64,000 nt of DNA from Candidatus Saccharimonadota bacterium (GTDB lineage: Bacteria; Patescibacteriota; Saccharimonadia; UBA4664): positions 167,820-231,819 of the forward strand of contig JACAFG010000002.1 in the NCBI GenBank assembly GCA_019352195.1, read 5' to 3'. This document shows positions 18,797 through 29,055 of the stretch, in pieces. Below the pieces are notes generated by a model. The model did not search any database. It was not told the origin of the DNA and worked only from the letters and a program-made list of their open reading frames with translations. The first letter of the stretch is position 1, and every line of letters begins with the position of its first letter. Made by a program: the position numbers and the translations under genes.

Positions 18797-20158
18797 TTGA
18801 ACCATAACCATTTTCACGGAAGAATATTTGTCGTGTCCCGCAACATAAATTTGAGTTTCACCCCCGAGCAGACCGGCCCAGCGCTCGTATACATCGAACG
18901 CTATTGGCATAAGCTAATTGCGTTTAGCCCACATGACCAGGGGACACTGATTGGTGTACCGCGCCCGTATTTGGTACCCAGTGTCGGCAGCGAAAGCTTT
19001 AAGTTTGAAGAGATATTTTACTGGGACAGCTATTTTATGGCCCAAGGTCTCTTGGGTACCCCGCTTGAAAGTATGTATCGAGGGATTGTCGAAGATCTTA
19101 TGAGTTTAATGGGACGTTACGGCATCATTCCTAATGCCGGCCGAACGTACATGACCGGACGCTCGCAGCCACCATTTATGACGTCGATGATTATGCAGGT
19201 GTATGAACTAGAGCATAGTAAACGTTGGCTCGAACGCGCCATGGATGTGGCCAAAGAAGAATACCGCAGCGTGTGGATGGGAACGGTGCAGCCAAATTGG
19301 CGCCAAGTTTTTCACGGGTTATCGCGTTACTACGACGTAAATGTGTTAAATGATTTGGCCGAGTGTGAAAGCGGCTGGGATATGACGACGCGGTTCCACC
19401 GTCAGGCACTATCGTATATACCGGTAGACCTAAACGCGCTGCTCTGGCGTTACGAGCGTGATTTTGCAGCGGCTGCACTAATATTGGGTGATAAGGAAGA
19501 ATCGCAGGAGTGGCAGCATCGGGCGGTGAAGCGCCGGGCGGCTATGAAACAGTTTCTGTGGGATGAGGAGCTTGGCTGTTGGTTTGATTACAACTTTATG
19601 ACGGGGACCAAAAGCTCCGTGTGGTCGCTGGCTGCGTTTTATCCTATGTGGGTGGGCATGATGAGCGATACAGACGCTGGTCGTCTCATGCAGCACTTGC
19701 CTAAGTTTGAGGGTGAGGGTGGTTTGGCGACCACTGCTAAAGAACCGCTGGTAGTAATGGATATGCCGGCCCAGTGGGCCTATCCGAATGGTTGGGCGCC
19801 GCTGCAGCTGCTGGCAACTGAGGGGATGGAACGCTACGGCTACCATACTGAAGCAGAGCGGGTAGCGCGTAAGTGGCTGCGTAATAACCTCCAAGGCTTT
19901 GAAACGAGCGGTGAATTCTATGAAAAATATAACGTTATTGCTGTTGGAGACGAGCCGGTGGAAGGCGTTTATCCCTCGCAAACCGGCTTTGGCTGGACCA
20001 ATGGGGTGTTCACGCGTTTGGCTGAGCGGTATCTGACGGCCGAAGAACTACCGCCACGAATGGCCGCGGCTAGTGATAAAACTTGGTTAGCTTCGTTGCG
20101 TTCTAAACAACATCAGCTCGCACGCGTTACTGATCAGCTGCGCCAGCGGTTGGCTTAA
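18797..20158 (+). CDS. alpha,alpha-trehalase (GH37)
   Basis: EIFYWDSYF, IPNA.RTY..RSQPP, ESGWD..RF, PVDLN, QWAYPNGWAPLQ and QTGFGWTNG. Start may be GTG 18833. Confidence 0.95.
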   Translation: MNHNHFHGRIFVVSRNINLSFTPEQTGPALVYIERYWHKLIAFSPHDQGTLIGVPRPYLVPSVGSESFKFEEIFYWDSYFMAQGLLGTPLESMYRGIVEDLMSLMGRYGIIPNAGRTYMTGRSQPPFMTSMIMQVYELEHSKRWLERAMDVAKEEYRSVWMGTVQPNWRQVFHGLSRYYDVNVLNDLAECESGWDMTTRFHRQALSYIPVDLNALLWRYERDFAAAALILGDKEESQEWQHRAVKRRAAMKQFLWDEELGCWFDYNFMTGTKSSVWSLAAFYPMWVGMMSDTDAGRLMQHLPKFEGEGGLATTAKEPLVVMDMPAQWAYPNGWAPLQLLATEGMERYGYHTEAERVARKWLRNNLQGFETSGEFYEKYNVIAVGDEPVEGVYPSQTGFGWTNGVFTRLAERYLTAEELPPRMAAASDKTWLASLRSKQHQLARVTDQLRQRLA

Positions 20159-20160
20159 CA

Positions 20161-20988
20161 ATGTCCAAGGGGGTAGTTGGATTATTTGACATCGGTGCGA
20201 CGCGCACACGTCTGGCCATCGCGACTTCGCCCCACGAATTTAGCGAGCACGTTAGTTTTGCGACTGATACAACGGCGGCGGGTACGAAGCAATTATTTGA
20301 TCAATTGCGCGTACTTGTGGGTGATTGCCGACTTACTGGATTGGCGGGCGGTGTAGCGGGTCAGATCAACCCGCAAACTGGTACGCTATGGCACGCCACC
20401 AACCTGCCTCATTGGAACGGTATTGCCATTGGTCATGAGTTTACCCAGGCTTTTGGCGTAAAGCTGGCGATTGGCAACGATACCGCGGTGGTGGGCCTTG
20501 GCGAAGCGGTGTTTGGAGCCGGTCGTGGCCATCATATTGTGATGTACGAAACGGTATCAACGGGGGTAAATGCTGCCCGCATTACGGGCGGAGTGATTGA
20601 CGAAATGGCGCAGGGAATCGAGGTTGGTGCTCAGTTAATCCTCGGCTCAGACGGCCACCTAACGACTCTGGAGGCCGCTACAGGCGGGGCAGCTCTGGAA
20701 CGTAAATATGGTCATCCGCCGCGCGAACTGGCCTTGCAGGGCCTGTGGCGCAGTGAGGCGAGGCTGCTAGCGCTCGGTTTGTACAATAGCTTACTGCATT
20801 TTTCGCCCGACGTGGTGGTGTTTGGGGGCTCGATGATGCGCGATATTGAGCTGCGGGATATTGAGCGTGAGCTAAAGAAGCTGCCGCTGAAGTGGCCACG
20901 TCCGGTGCCGCTGCTGCACGCCCAGCTCGGCGATAATGGCGGCTTATTCGGCGCTCTAGCGCTGGCGCGTACGAAAGGCTTTGTTTGA
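20161..20988 (+). CDS. ROK family sugar kinase (glucokinase-like)
   Basis: DIGAT, ND....LGE..FGAG, TVSTGV and EVG. Confidence 0.85.
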   Translation: MSKGVVGLFDIGATRTRLAIATSPHEFSEHVSFATDTTAAGTKQLFDQLRVLVGDCRLTGLAGGVAGQINPQTGTLWHATNLPHWNGIAIGHEFTQAFGVKLAIGNDTAVVGLGEAVFGAGRGHHIVMYETVSTGVNAARITGGVIDEMAQGIEVGAQLILGSDGHLTTLEAATGGAALERKYGHPPRELALQGLWRSEARLLALGLYNSLLHFSPDVVVFGGSMMRDIELRDIERELKKLPLKWPRPVPLLHAQLGDNGGLFGALALARTKGFV

Positions 20989-20999
20989 GGTAGCCGAGC

Positions 21000-22577
21000 C
21001 TACTCGCCGACGGCGGAGTAGACCTCTTCGAGCGTGGTTTTACCTTCGAGAACTTTTAGTACTCCGTCTTGCAGCAATGTCATCATGCCGCTCTTGATGG
21101 CGGCCTGCTCAATCGCTTGGGTTGTAGTGGCGCTGGAAGCTTGCGTAATCATAGCTTCGAGCTCGGGTGTCATCGAGAGCTGTTCGATCAGGCTGATGCG
21201 GCCGGAATAGCCAAAGTGGTGACATTGTTCGCAACCGACGGATTTAGCGAGTTTGATGTGCTCTAGTGCCGGATACAGTGAGGGGTCGACGCCTTGGAGC
21301 GCAGTAGTAATTTCGAGCAGCTGCTGTTTGGTAGGTGCAACCTTAGCACGGCAATGAGGGCAGAGCTGACGGACAAGTCGCTGAGCCATAATGAGGCGAA
21401 TTGAGGATGCTAGCAGCGGGTTTTCGCCGATCATGTCGATGAGTCGCGTAACCGCGGCCGAGGCTGAGGCGGCGTGGAAAGTTGAGAGCACGAGGTGACC
21501 TGTGAGGGCAGCCTGCAAGGCTGTTTTGGCGGTGTCGGCGTCGCGGATTTCACCAATCATGATGATGTTGGGGTCTTCACGAAGGACAGCTCGCAGTTTA
21601 TTGCCAAAGGATTCTTGATCTTCGGATACTACTGGGACCTGCGAGATGCCGTCGAGCTCGTATTCGACTGGATCTTCGAGGGTGACAATTTTTACCTCGG
21701 GGTTGTTGAGGTGGTTGATGATGGAGTAGAGCGTTGAGGTTTTACCTGAGCCGGTGGGGCCAACCGTTAGCACCATGCCCCGTGGATGGGCAATAGCACG
21801 GTCAAGGACTTCACGCTGAGGTGGGGTGAGGAGAAGATTGTCGAGCGTAAGATACTGTTCACTGAGATTGAAAATGCGGATGACTACGTCTTGGCCGTGG
21901 AGTGATGGTACGGTCTCGAGACGCATATTGAGGGTAACTTCGTCCCCGTCGTCGTTGATCGCGCGAATAGCTAGACGGCCGCCTTGAGGTTCGTCGGCGC
22001 CCCATTTTACATTGGCACGAATCTGCATGTCGCTGGTAAACAGCTCGTAACGCTCACGCGTGAGCTCCAAAATTGGGTGAAGGGTGCCGTCGAGGCGGAA
22101 ACGAATACGGGCGGAGTTTTCACCAGGCTCAATGTGGATGTCGGATGCGCCGAGTTGAAACGCCAGTTGGGCGATGGGCTCAAACATAAATTTGGGCTCG
22201 AGTCCAGCGAGGCGCGATGAAAAATCGCTAAAGTCGCCGCTTTCAATGACGTCGCCATTTTGGGCAATGGCGTAGCGGTTAATGAGCCGCGACCAGCCAA
22301 TGCCCGAGATGAGGCGGTAGCTCACTTCATAGCCAGCGAGACGAGCCGTAAGTGTATCGAGCAGGTCACGCTTGGTAGATTCATTGATACCGAGGGTGAG
22401 CTTGGCTCCATCTAGAGCCAGCGGCACAATGCCATAAGCTTCCATGCCGGCTACGGTCAGTTTACCGACGAGCGGTTTGATATCAATTTTGGGGCGGGTA
22501 TCAAAATATTCAACCCCAATAGAGGCGGCAAGCTCACGGGTAGCAGTTTCGTATTGGTCGCGCTCAGCTTCTGTCAT
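21000..22577 (-). CDS. GspE/PilB family type IV pilus assembly ATPase
   Basis: ASDIHIEP, GPTGSGKTS, TLEDPVE, LREDPN.IMIGEIRD, TGHLVLST.H and Zn CxxC motifs. Confidence 0.93.
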   Translation of the reverse strand: MTEAERDQYETATRELAASIGVEYFDTRPKIDIKPLVGKLTVAGMEAYGIVPLALDGAKLTLGINESTKRDLLDTLTARLAGYEVSYRLISGIGWSRLINRYAIAQNGDVIESGDFSDFSSRLAGLEPKFMFEPIAQLAFQLGASDIHIEPGENSARIRFRLDGTLHPILELTRERYELFTSDMQIRANVKWGADEPQGGRLAIRAINDDGDEVTLNMRLETVPSLHGQDVVIRIFNLSEQYLTLDNLLLTPPQREVLDRAIAHPRGMVLTVGPTGSGKTSTLYSIINHLNNPEVKIVTLEDPVEYELDGISQVPVVSEDQESFGNKLRAVLREDPNIIMIGEIRDADTAKTALQAALTGHLVLSTFHAASASAAVTRLIDMIGENPLLASSIRLIMAQRLVRQLCPHCRAKVAPTKQQLLEITTALQGVDPSLYPALEHIKLAKSVGCEQCHHFGYSGRISLIEQLSMTPELEAMITQASSATTTQAIEQAAIKSGMMTLLQDGVLKVLEGKTTLEEVYSAVGE

Positions 22578-22627
22578 AGCGATATCATAACACTACAACG
22601 CTTGTGCTTGAACGGTTTGGCGTGACA

Positions 22628-24484
22628 TTAAGGATTGAGAGCGTAAACACTCCAGGTAGCGTTGGAAAAAACGAGATTTAGGTTCGCTAGGGCAGGAGTG
22701 TTGACTGTCCAATCGCTGGGCTCTACTACTCGCACGGCTAAGAAGTTGGGATGATACGCCGCCACGTTGGGGTCCGATGTATTTCCAACCAGAAGCGCGC
22801 TGACGGCGTCTTGGCGCCCGACGTAATCCAGATGGTAATTGTATAACCAGCCGCGATAGCCTAATACGATTGAGCGGCCGGCGAGCGTTGCCAGTGGCTG
22901 GTTTGGTGAATCAGTGGTGGCAAAAATACTATCTGGGCTGGTATTTTGTTTGGCCCAGTTGGCCAGAGCAATATCGTCGTTCGAAGCGAACTGATCGTGC
23001 AACTGAAACTCTCGTACGATCGTAAGCGTACCCGGAACGCTAAAAACGACGAGGCAGACGGCTGCAAGCACCCAGCGAGTTATTTGGCCCGAGCGCCAGA
23101 CGAGGCCACCAAGGGCCAGCATGGCCATAATAAGAACGTAAAATATCAGCTTGAGATTGTCATAGGCAAACGGCTGTAGGCTGTAGACATGAGCAAACAC
23201 AAACAAGATGAAGAACGGTACGAGCCACGGGCTATAACGGCGCCACCGCGGTTTCATAAGCAAGACCGCGAGGCCAATAAGTACTACGAGAATGAGGCCA
23301 AAATTGTGCCACTCGAAGCCGATGAGTGACTCGCCGGCTAGTCTCGTCCAGCCTTCAACAATATGGCCGCCGGTGCCACTGCCGATGGCGAGCTGCTGCC
23401 AGGCGAGCTGCGGCAGCGCGACCGCAACGAGCAAGGCCAATGACTGCAGCCAGACACTAAGATGAGCGCGCTGATGGAGCGCCACCCAAACAAGGAGTCC
23501 TGCCAGTAAGGTGCAGGCTGCTACAAATGAGTGAGGGTGCGCGAGCGGCAACAGGCCTACCATGAGTGCAGCGGCAAACAGCCAGCGCCGCCGGTGATGG
23601 GCGAGCGCGCTGTGCCATAAAATTGCCGTCACGAGCCATATGCCGAGGCCGAACAAAAAGGCACGCTGGGGTAGCAATAGATCGGCCACAGCGTTGTTGA
23701 CGTGGACATTGATTGCATCGATGCCCGAGTAGTTTTGGGGAATGTGGTGCAGCCAAGCAAGAAGAGTTAGGCCGCTGGCACGCCAGTCACCCAGTGCTAC
23801 CAAGCCGCCCGCGGCTGAGCCACACGTTAGGATGAGTATTGTGCCCAGGACAGCGCCGCCAAAACGTCCCCACAAGCGCCAGCCAAAGGCGATGAGCAGC
23901 TGTGTGATACTCCAAGCGAGTAAAATTCCCGGCACTGCCAGCGCGAAGTTCATGCTCCAGCCGCCTCGTACGAAGAGTGCGCTCAAGAAATCGATGAGAA
24001 ATGGATAGGTCAGGGGCGTACCACTGGCAATAGGTAAGTCGTGTGGCAGGCTGCTCGGGAGAGCCTGGTGGCTTACGATACTGGCGTGAAGACCAAAATC
24101 GGCCCAGGTAGATCCTGCCGACATGAGGCCATTGCTGGTTGGCAGCAGGTCGTGGGTGATCATGAGCCAGGCCCAGAAAATGAGGCTAGCGACGGCAATG
24201 ACGCTCCAAGTAAGCGCTATTTTACGATCTAACTTCAGACGTGGCGCTGGTTTCCCCTTGATTAACAGCCACACAATGAGCGCGGAAATAGCCAGAGAGC
24301 CAACGGGAAGCGCGAAGCGGTAGGGCAGGATAAGGCAAGGTAGCAGGATAATCCATGTAAAACCAAATAGTCCGGTGATAATACTTATGGCGGCGGTTTC
24401 GATACCTGCCAGGCGGAGCTGGAGCCAACGCGTAAAGCTATAGCCGAGGCAAAGCGCTAGGCTGAGGTAAATGATCGCGATCAT
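22628..24484 (-). CDS. multi-pass membrane protein, probable GT-C glycosyltransferase
   Basis: More than 12 TM segments with loop motifs TWADFGLH, LTYPFL.DF and LPQR.F. Confidence 0.65.
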   Translation of the reverse strand: MIAIIYLSLALCLGYSFTRWLQLRLAGIETAAISIITGLFGFTWIILLPCLILPYRFALPVGSLAISALIVWLLIKGKPAPRLKLDRKIALTWSVIAVASLIFWAWLMITHDLLPTSNGLMSAGSTWADFGLHASIVSHQALPSSLPHDLPIASGTPLTYPFLIDFLSALFVRGGWSMNFALAVPGILLAWSITQLLIAFGWRLWGRFGGAVLGTILILTCGSAAGGLVALGDWRASGLTLLAWLHHIPQNYSGIDAINVHVNNAVADLLLPQRAFLFGLGIWLVTAILWHSALAHHRRRWLFAAALMVGLLPLAHPHSFVAACTLLAGLLVWVALHQRAHLSVWLQSLALLVAVALPQLAWQQLAIGSGTGGHIVEGWTRLAGESLIGFEWHNFGLILVVLIGLAVLLMKPRWRRYSPWLVPFFILFVFAHVYSLQPFAYDNLKLIFYVLIMAMLALGGLVWRSGQITRWVLAAVCLVVFSVPGTLTIVREFQLHDQFASNDDIALANWAKQNTSPDSIFATTDSPNQPLATLAGRSIVLGYRGWLYNYHLDYVGRQDAVSALLVGNTSDPNVAAYHPNFLAVRVVEPSDWTVNTPALANLNLVFSNATWSVYALNP

Positions 24485-24566
24485 ACTACTTGTGCTTCCA
24501 TAGTCTTAGCTTATCACTTCTGGCCGACTTGGCAGGCTGCTTTGAGCGGGCTATAGTTGCTCCAGT

Positions 24567-25265
24567 ATGAGCTTGTTTACCTCACTTAGTCTCTTTTTTC
24601 CGGTTTACAACGAAGTTGCCGTGCTTGAAGATACCATTCGCCGGGCCAACAGGTCTTTGCTGGGGCTAAAAGTGGCTGATTTCGAGCTCATTATCATCGA
24701 CGACGGCTCAACTGATGGTTCAGGGGCGTTGGCTGATAAATTGGCTGCTGAGTTACCGGTGGTCCGAGTGGTGCATCACGCGGCAAATGGGGGATACGGG
24801 GCAGCTTTGCAAACCGGCTTTGGCGCTGCCACCAAAGAATGGGTGATGTATACCGATAGCGACGGGCAATTTGATGTGGCAGATTTGGCCAACTTTGAAC
24901 GCTATGTCGGTAGTTATGACGTTATGCTAGGGTATCGTTTGCAACGACAAGATCATGTCGGCCGCATCGTAAACGCCAAGGCCTGGAGCGCCTTGGTTCA
25001 CCTGTTAATTGGCGTAAAAGTACGCGATTTGGATTGTGCCTTTAAGGTTATTCGTCGTTCGGCCCTCGTTCGTGTATTGCCGCTCGAGGCATCGGGCGCG
25101 GTAATTTCGGCAGAATTATTGCTGAAGCTGAAGCGAGCTGGTTATAAGTTTGTGCAGGTTGGCGTTCATCATTATCCGCGCGTGGCGGGTGAGCCGAGCG
25201 GTGCTAAACCAAGCGTAATCCTCAAGGCGCTCAAAGAGCTGGCGGCCTTACGTCGCAGCGTTTAG
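24567..25265 (+). CDS. GT2 polyprenol-phosphate glycosyltransferase (DPM-like)
   Basis: P.YNE, IDDGSTD, N.GYGAAL, DSDGQ and D.DCAFK. Confidence 0.88.
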   Translation: MSLFTSLSLFFPVYNEVAVLEDTIRRANRSLLGLKVADFELIIIDDGSTDGSGALADKLAAELPVVRVVHHAANGGYGAALQTGFGAATKEWVMYTDSDGQFDVADLANFERYVGSYDVMLGYRLQRQDHVGRIVNAKAWSALVHLLIGVKVRDLDCAFKVIRRSALVRVLPLEASGAVISAELLLKLKRAGYKFVQVGVHHYPRVAGEPSGAKPSVILKALKELAALRRSV

Positions 25266-26656
25266 CGCCAGCTCTTGAGCCAGTCGTGCTGAACAAGACT
25301 TGAAGGCGAAATTGGGTTACCGTACGACAGCGGTATGAAGTAGACGAACCCAACTACAATCAGGACGAGCGCAGCGATGTAACCGTTGCGGCTGGCTTTA
25401 GAGCGGAAATGCCAGAAATGGTCGGACGTGAGATTCCAGCCCGAAACCAAGCCCAAACCGAGGCTTGCAAGTGCGATGCTATAAATGAGAGCAAATAGGT
25501 AGTGGTAGAGGAACATGACGCGATGAATGAGGCTAAACGGTAGCCAGTTGGCTAGATATGCCGTGCTAAGAAGTCCGATGGCAAAGACCCAGCGTCGCGG
25601 AATGCGGCGCCCAGCCAAAAACTGGCCGCCCAAGACGGCAAGCACGATGAGAGTGCCCCACCACACAACCGGGTTACCAAGCAAGTAAATGTTACCTTGG
25701 TTGCCATTAGGTAAAGCATCCCCGGCCCAGTAGTATACGGGACGAGACTCAATCGGCCACGTGTACCATGCCGAGCCGTATGGGTGGGTGGCGGTTTTAA
25801 GTGACGCTTCGGCCGCGTTCATTTCTACATTGAGGTCGATAAACTTATGAATGAATGACTCGTGAGCCGTTGGGCTGTAATTGGGATTACCCACGAGCGT
25901 GGCCTGGAAGCGAAGCGGCATAAACGCGTCACCTTGGCCGCTATTAGTGAGCGTAGCAAAGTGGATCGCAAACACTGTTAGATAGACGGCTGTAGGTATG
26001 GTTATAATCATGGCCAATCTGATGGCAGCTTGCTTCAGGTTGGCATGTTTTTTGACGAGATCGTAGAGCCATATGAGACCAATGAGGCCGAGCGCGCTGA
26101 TGCCGGTCCATTTGGTACTTGAGGCCATGCCGCCAAGAATGGCAGCGAGCGCTACAAAGGTATATGAGCGCCAGCCAGTGCGGGTACGGCTGGCCAAATA
26201 CGCGACGACAGCGCCGAGGCCAAAGAGCACGAGCATCGAGTCGATGAGGACAAGGCGTGATTCCACGAGGAGCGCGTTGTCGGCGAGCACCGCCAACGCT
26301 GCCAGAGTTGCGATGCGTCGGCTGCCGCCGAGCTGGCGAAGCAATACATATACCACTGGAATTATGAGGGCGCCGGCAAAGGCAGGCAGGTAGCGCAGAT
26401 CAACTCCGGGAGCGCTGCTGGTGAGGATGGCACCGCTTTGATGGCTCAGCCAGGCCCACAACCCGAGGAGCTCTTTTCCAAGCGGCGGGTGAGGGTCAAA
26501 ATAATACGAATGCGTTAAGTAGTCGCCAGCGTAAACCTTAAAATAGACTTCGTCGAAGACTACGGCGTTAGGTTTGGTGACAAACCAAAACCGGGTAATA
26601 AAAGCTGCTAACGTCAGAAGAATAAGTTCGGGGTGCACCCGTCGAAAGAATTTCAT
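25262..26656 (-). CDS. protein O-mannosyltransferase (PMT/GT39)
   Basis: VVFDEVYF, DPHPPLGK, ESRL.L.D, TKWTG, HPY.S.W.TWP, GNPVVWW and R.MFLYHY. Confidence 0.9.
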   Translation of the reverse strand: MKFFRRVHPELILLTLAAFITRFWFVTKPNAVVFDEVYFKVYAGDYLTHSYYFDPHPPLGKELLGLWAWLSHQSGAILTSSAPGVDLRYLPAFAGALIIPVVYVLLRQLGGSRRIATLAALAVLADNALLVESRLVLIDSMLVLFGLGAVVAYLASRTRTGWRSYTFVALAAILGGMASSTKWTGISALGLIGLIWLYDLVKKHANLKQAAIRLAMIITIPTAVYLTVFAIHFATLTNSGQGDAFMPLRFQATLVGNPNYSPTAHESFIHKFIDLNVEMNAAEASLKTATHPYGSAWYTWPIESRPVYYWAGDALPNGNQGNIYLLGNPVVWWGTLIVLAVLGGQFLAGRRIPRRWVFAIGLLSTAYLANWLPFSLIHRVMFLYHYLFALIYSIALASLGLGLVSGWNLTSDHFWHFRSKASRNGYIAALVLIVVGFVYFIPLSYGNPISPSSLVQHDWLKSWR

Positions 26657-26686
26657 TTTTCTAGCATAGCCCAAAACACTGCTTGG

Positions 26687-27310
26687 CTAATAGATGTAGC
26701 GCCATGATCCGGCGTTAGTCCAGCGATGGTCGATCTGGTAGAGGCCATTGTAGTTCATCTCGGCCACCAGAACTTGATTGCCGGAGACTTGCTCAACCAA
26801 CGCAACGTGGCCGTAGTAGCCGGCGGTGGTAGTAGCAATGGCGCCGACAGCAGGCGCGCTGCCGGTACTCCAATGAGCGGCTACGGCATGATAATACCAG
26901 CTATTAGCGTTGCCCCAGTTTGAGGGCACTTGGCGCCGACTGGCGACATACCAGGTACATTGGCCGCGTGAGTAGCTGTTGGCGTAGGTGCCGTACGCTG
27001 CGAGAGTACCCGGCGGCAATAAGCCGCCATTGGGGCCCGGTCCAAGTTCGGCTACGCCCACGGACGCTTCGGTAGCAGCTGAGGCAGTTTGGGTGGTGGC
27101 GAGACCGCCTGGCACAAGCAGATGGTGGCTGCCCATCACCCAATTGCTGACTGCTGCCAGCAAACACCAGGCGATGATGCCCGTCCAGACACGGCGCGAG
27201 TATTTTCGAAGCCGCAAGCTGCGTCGCCATACTCCGCGACTTACCTGGCGCATCGAAGGGCCGGGTTCGCGGGGGACGAGATAAGGGGATTGATAGGTAA
27301 GTGTCTTCAT
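26687..27310 (-). CDS. CHAP-domain peptidoglycan hydrolase
   Basis: GQCTWYV, WGNA..W, GHVA.VE, EMNY and an N-terminal TM. Confidence 0.9.
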   Translation of the reverse strand: MKTLTYQSPYLVPREPGPSMRQVSRGVWRRSLRLRKYSRRVWTGIIAWCLLAAVSNWVMGSHHLLVPGGLATTQTASAATEASVGVAELGPGPNGGLLPPGTLAAYGTYANSYSRGQCTWYVASRRQVPSNWGNANSWYYHAVAAHWSTGSAPAVGAIATTTAGYYGHVALVEQVSGNQVLVAEMNYNGLYQIDHRWTNAGSWRYIY

Positions 27311-27410
27311 AATTCAAGCAATAGGACATATTAGCGCTTCACGTTGGTAATGCAAGCACGAGAGGATTGCCTTGGCAGCGGGGCCTTCCTCACGTATCGT
27401 TACAATTACG

Positions 27411-28328
27411 ATGGAAAATGACCTCTCCGTAGTACCAAAAAAACGCTTCGCACGGCCTTGGCGTACGGCTTTTCAGTTTGCACTCGTATTACTTATTATG
27501 GTGTCGCTAGGTAATTATCAGTATTTTTTGGATGAGTATGCGCTGGCAACTTACCATGCTCCGGCGGATATTGCGGCTTTAGAAACTCCTCTCGGTCTGA
27601 CCCGTACGGCACAGGCAATTGCGGATCGGGCGCAACCGCAAATTGATGAAAAAGCGGCCTTTAATCGAGATTGCCAGACTTCGGTGGGCGAATTAGAGCT
27701 CGGTTGCTACACGCATGGGCGCATTTATATTCTCAAAATTAGTAGCCCCAGCTTGCAACCCGAAATGGAGACGGTTTTGGCGCACGAAATTTTGCATGCG
27801 GCCTGGAACCGAATGAGCACAGTCGACCGGCTGAAGTTGGGCAATGAGCTAGAGACGAGGTATCACGAGCTTAAAGATACTGAACTCACTTCGCGAATGG
27901 CATCGTACGCCAAAACTGAGCCAGGCGAAGAAGCGAATGAACTCCATTCGATTTTGGGTACCGAGCAGACGAACTTGGCGAACTCAGATCTTGAGTCTCA
28001 CTATCTAAGCTATTTCACCAATCGCGCCGCTATAGTGGCGGCTCATCAGGACTACCAGGCGGTATTTACGAGCCGCGGCCGAGAACTCGCCCAGCAGTTG
28101 GCGACTATTAAGTCGCTGGAAGCGCAGCTCGATGTGCTGAACGCCCGCATGACCAGCGATAATACCCGCGGCCTTATTTCGGCATACAACGCGTTAGTGC
28201 CATCACAGAATCGTTTGGTGGATCAAGTAAATGGTCTTATTAGAAGCTATGACGCCAGTGTTGATGAATATAATGCGCTTTCGGCCAGCATTGATTCGAA
28301 TCAGCTTTCAACTGAGCCGGGAGTATAG
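27411..28328 (+). CDS. membrane-anchored zinc metallopeptidase with a coiled-coil tail
   Basis: N-terminal TM, LGCY, AHEILH (HExxH), NELHS and a heptad-rich C-terminus. Confidence 0.7.
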   Translation: MENDLSVVPKKRFARPWRTAFQFALVLLIMVSLGNYQYFLDEYALATYHAPADIAALETPLGLTRTAQAIADRAQPQIDEKAAFNRDCQTSVGELELGCYTHGRIYILKISSPSLQPEMETVLAHEILHAAWNRMSTVDRLKLGNELETRYHELKDTELTSRMASYAKTEPGEEANELHSILGTEQTNLANSDLESHYLSYFTNRAAIVAAHQDYQAVFTSRGRELAQQLATIKSLEAQLDVLNARMTSDNTRGLISAYNALVPSQNRLVDQVNGLIRSYDASVDEYNALSASIDSNQLSTEPGV

Positions 28329-28502
28329 TCTCGTCTGTTCGTAAGCGCAAAATGTTGGCTAACAAAAGAGAAAAGCGCTTGGCAAAGCGCTTTTCGTGGT
28401 GATGGAGTTTGTGTTGTTTTGTTTTGAGTACTTTTTTTGTGCAGGTACCTATAGGTAGATTAATACGCTCATGCTTGCTCGTCAAGCACACTTTTCAACT
28501 TT

Positions 28503-28946
28503 TTATCGAACGACGTTGCGCGCTATCTCCCGATCGGTGTCGCGGGCTTTAATACTGGCTCGCTTGTCGTAATTTTTTTTGCCGCGACCAATACCTATTT
28601 CAATTTTCACAAGATTGCGTTCGAGACCAATTATTGTCGGAACGACACTCATACCATTTTGCTTGGCAGCAACCAATTGGGCCAACTGTCGGCGGTGCAG
28701 GAGCAGCTTGCGATGGCGGGTGGGATCGATGGCACTCATTTGCCGTGACGAGTGGTCGTAAGGCGTAACATGCGCCCCCATGAGCCAAGCCTCGTTGTTT
28801 TGGAGGCCAATAAAGCTGCCTTTAAGGCTGAGCTTAGCTGCCTTGATACTTTTAACTTCGTCGCCCGTGAGCACGATTCCAGCTACCAATCGCTCGTCGA
28901 GCTGGTAGTCGTAGGTGGCGCGTTTGTTTTTGGCTAGGAGTTTCAT
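28503..28946 (-). CDS. smpB: SsrA-binding protein
   Basis: NKRA.YDY, AGIVLTG.EVKS, R.RKLLLH and GKK.YDKR. Confidence 0.97.
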   Translation of the reverse strand: MKLLAKNKRATYDYQLDERLVAGIVLTGDEVKSIKAAKLSLKGSFIGLQNNEAWLMGAHVTPYDHSSRQMSAIDPTRHRKLLLHRRQLAQLVAAKQNGMSVVPTIIGLERNLVKIEIGIGRGKKNYDKRASIKARDTDREIARNVVR

Positions 28947-29055
28947 TGCTCTATGGTAACAAATCGGTAAGGCCAACAGCTAATGAACGAGCAAAAAGGG
29001 AACTGACTAATGAGCCGAATTGCGGCTCAAGCCTATTCCCCGTTATAATCAGACA

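Noticed and set aside
28370-28395. AAGCGCTT palindrome as a LacI operator
   Set aside because: It lies between convergent genes and is better explained as a bidirectional terminator.
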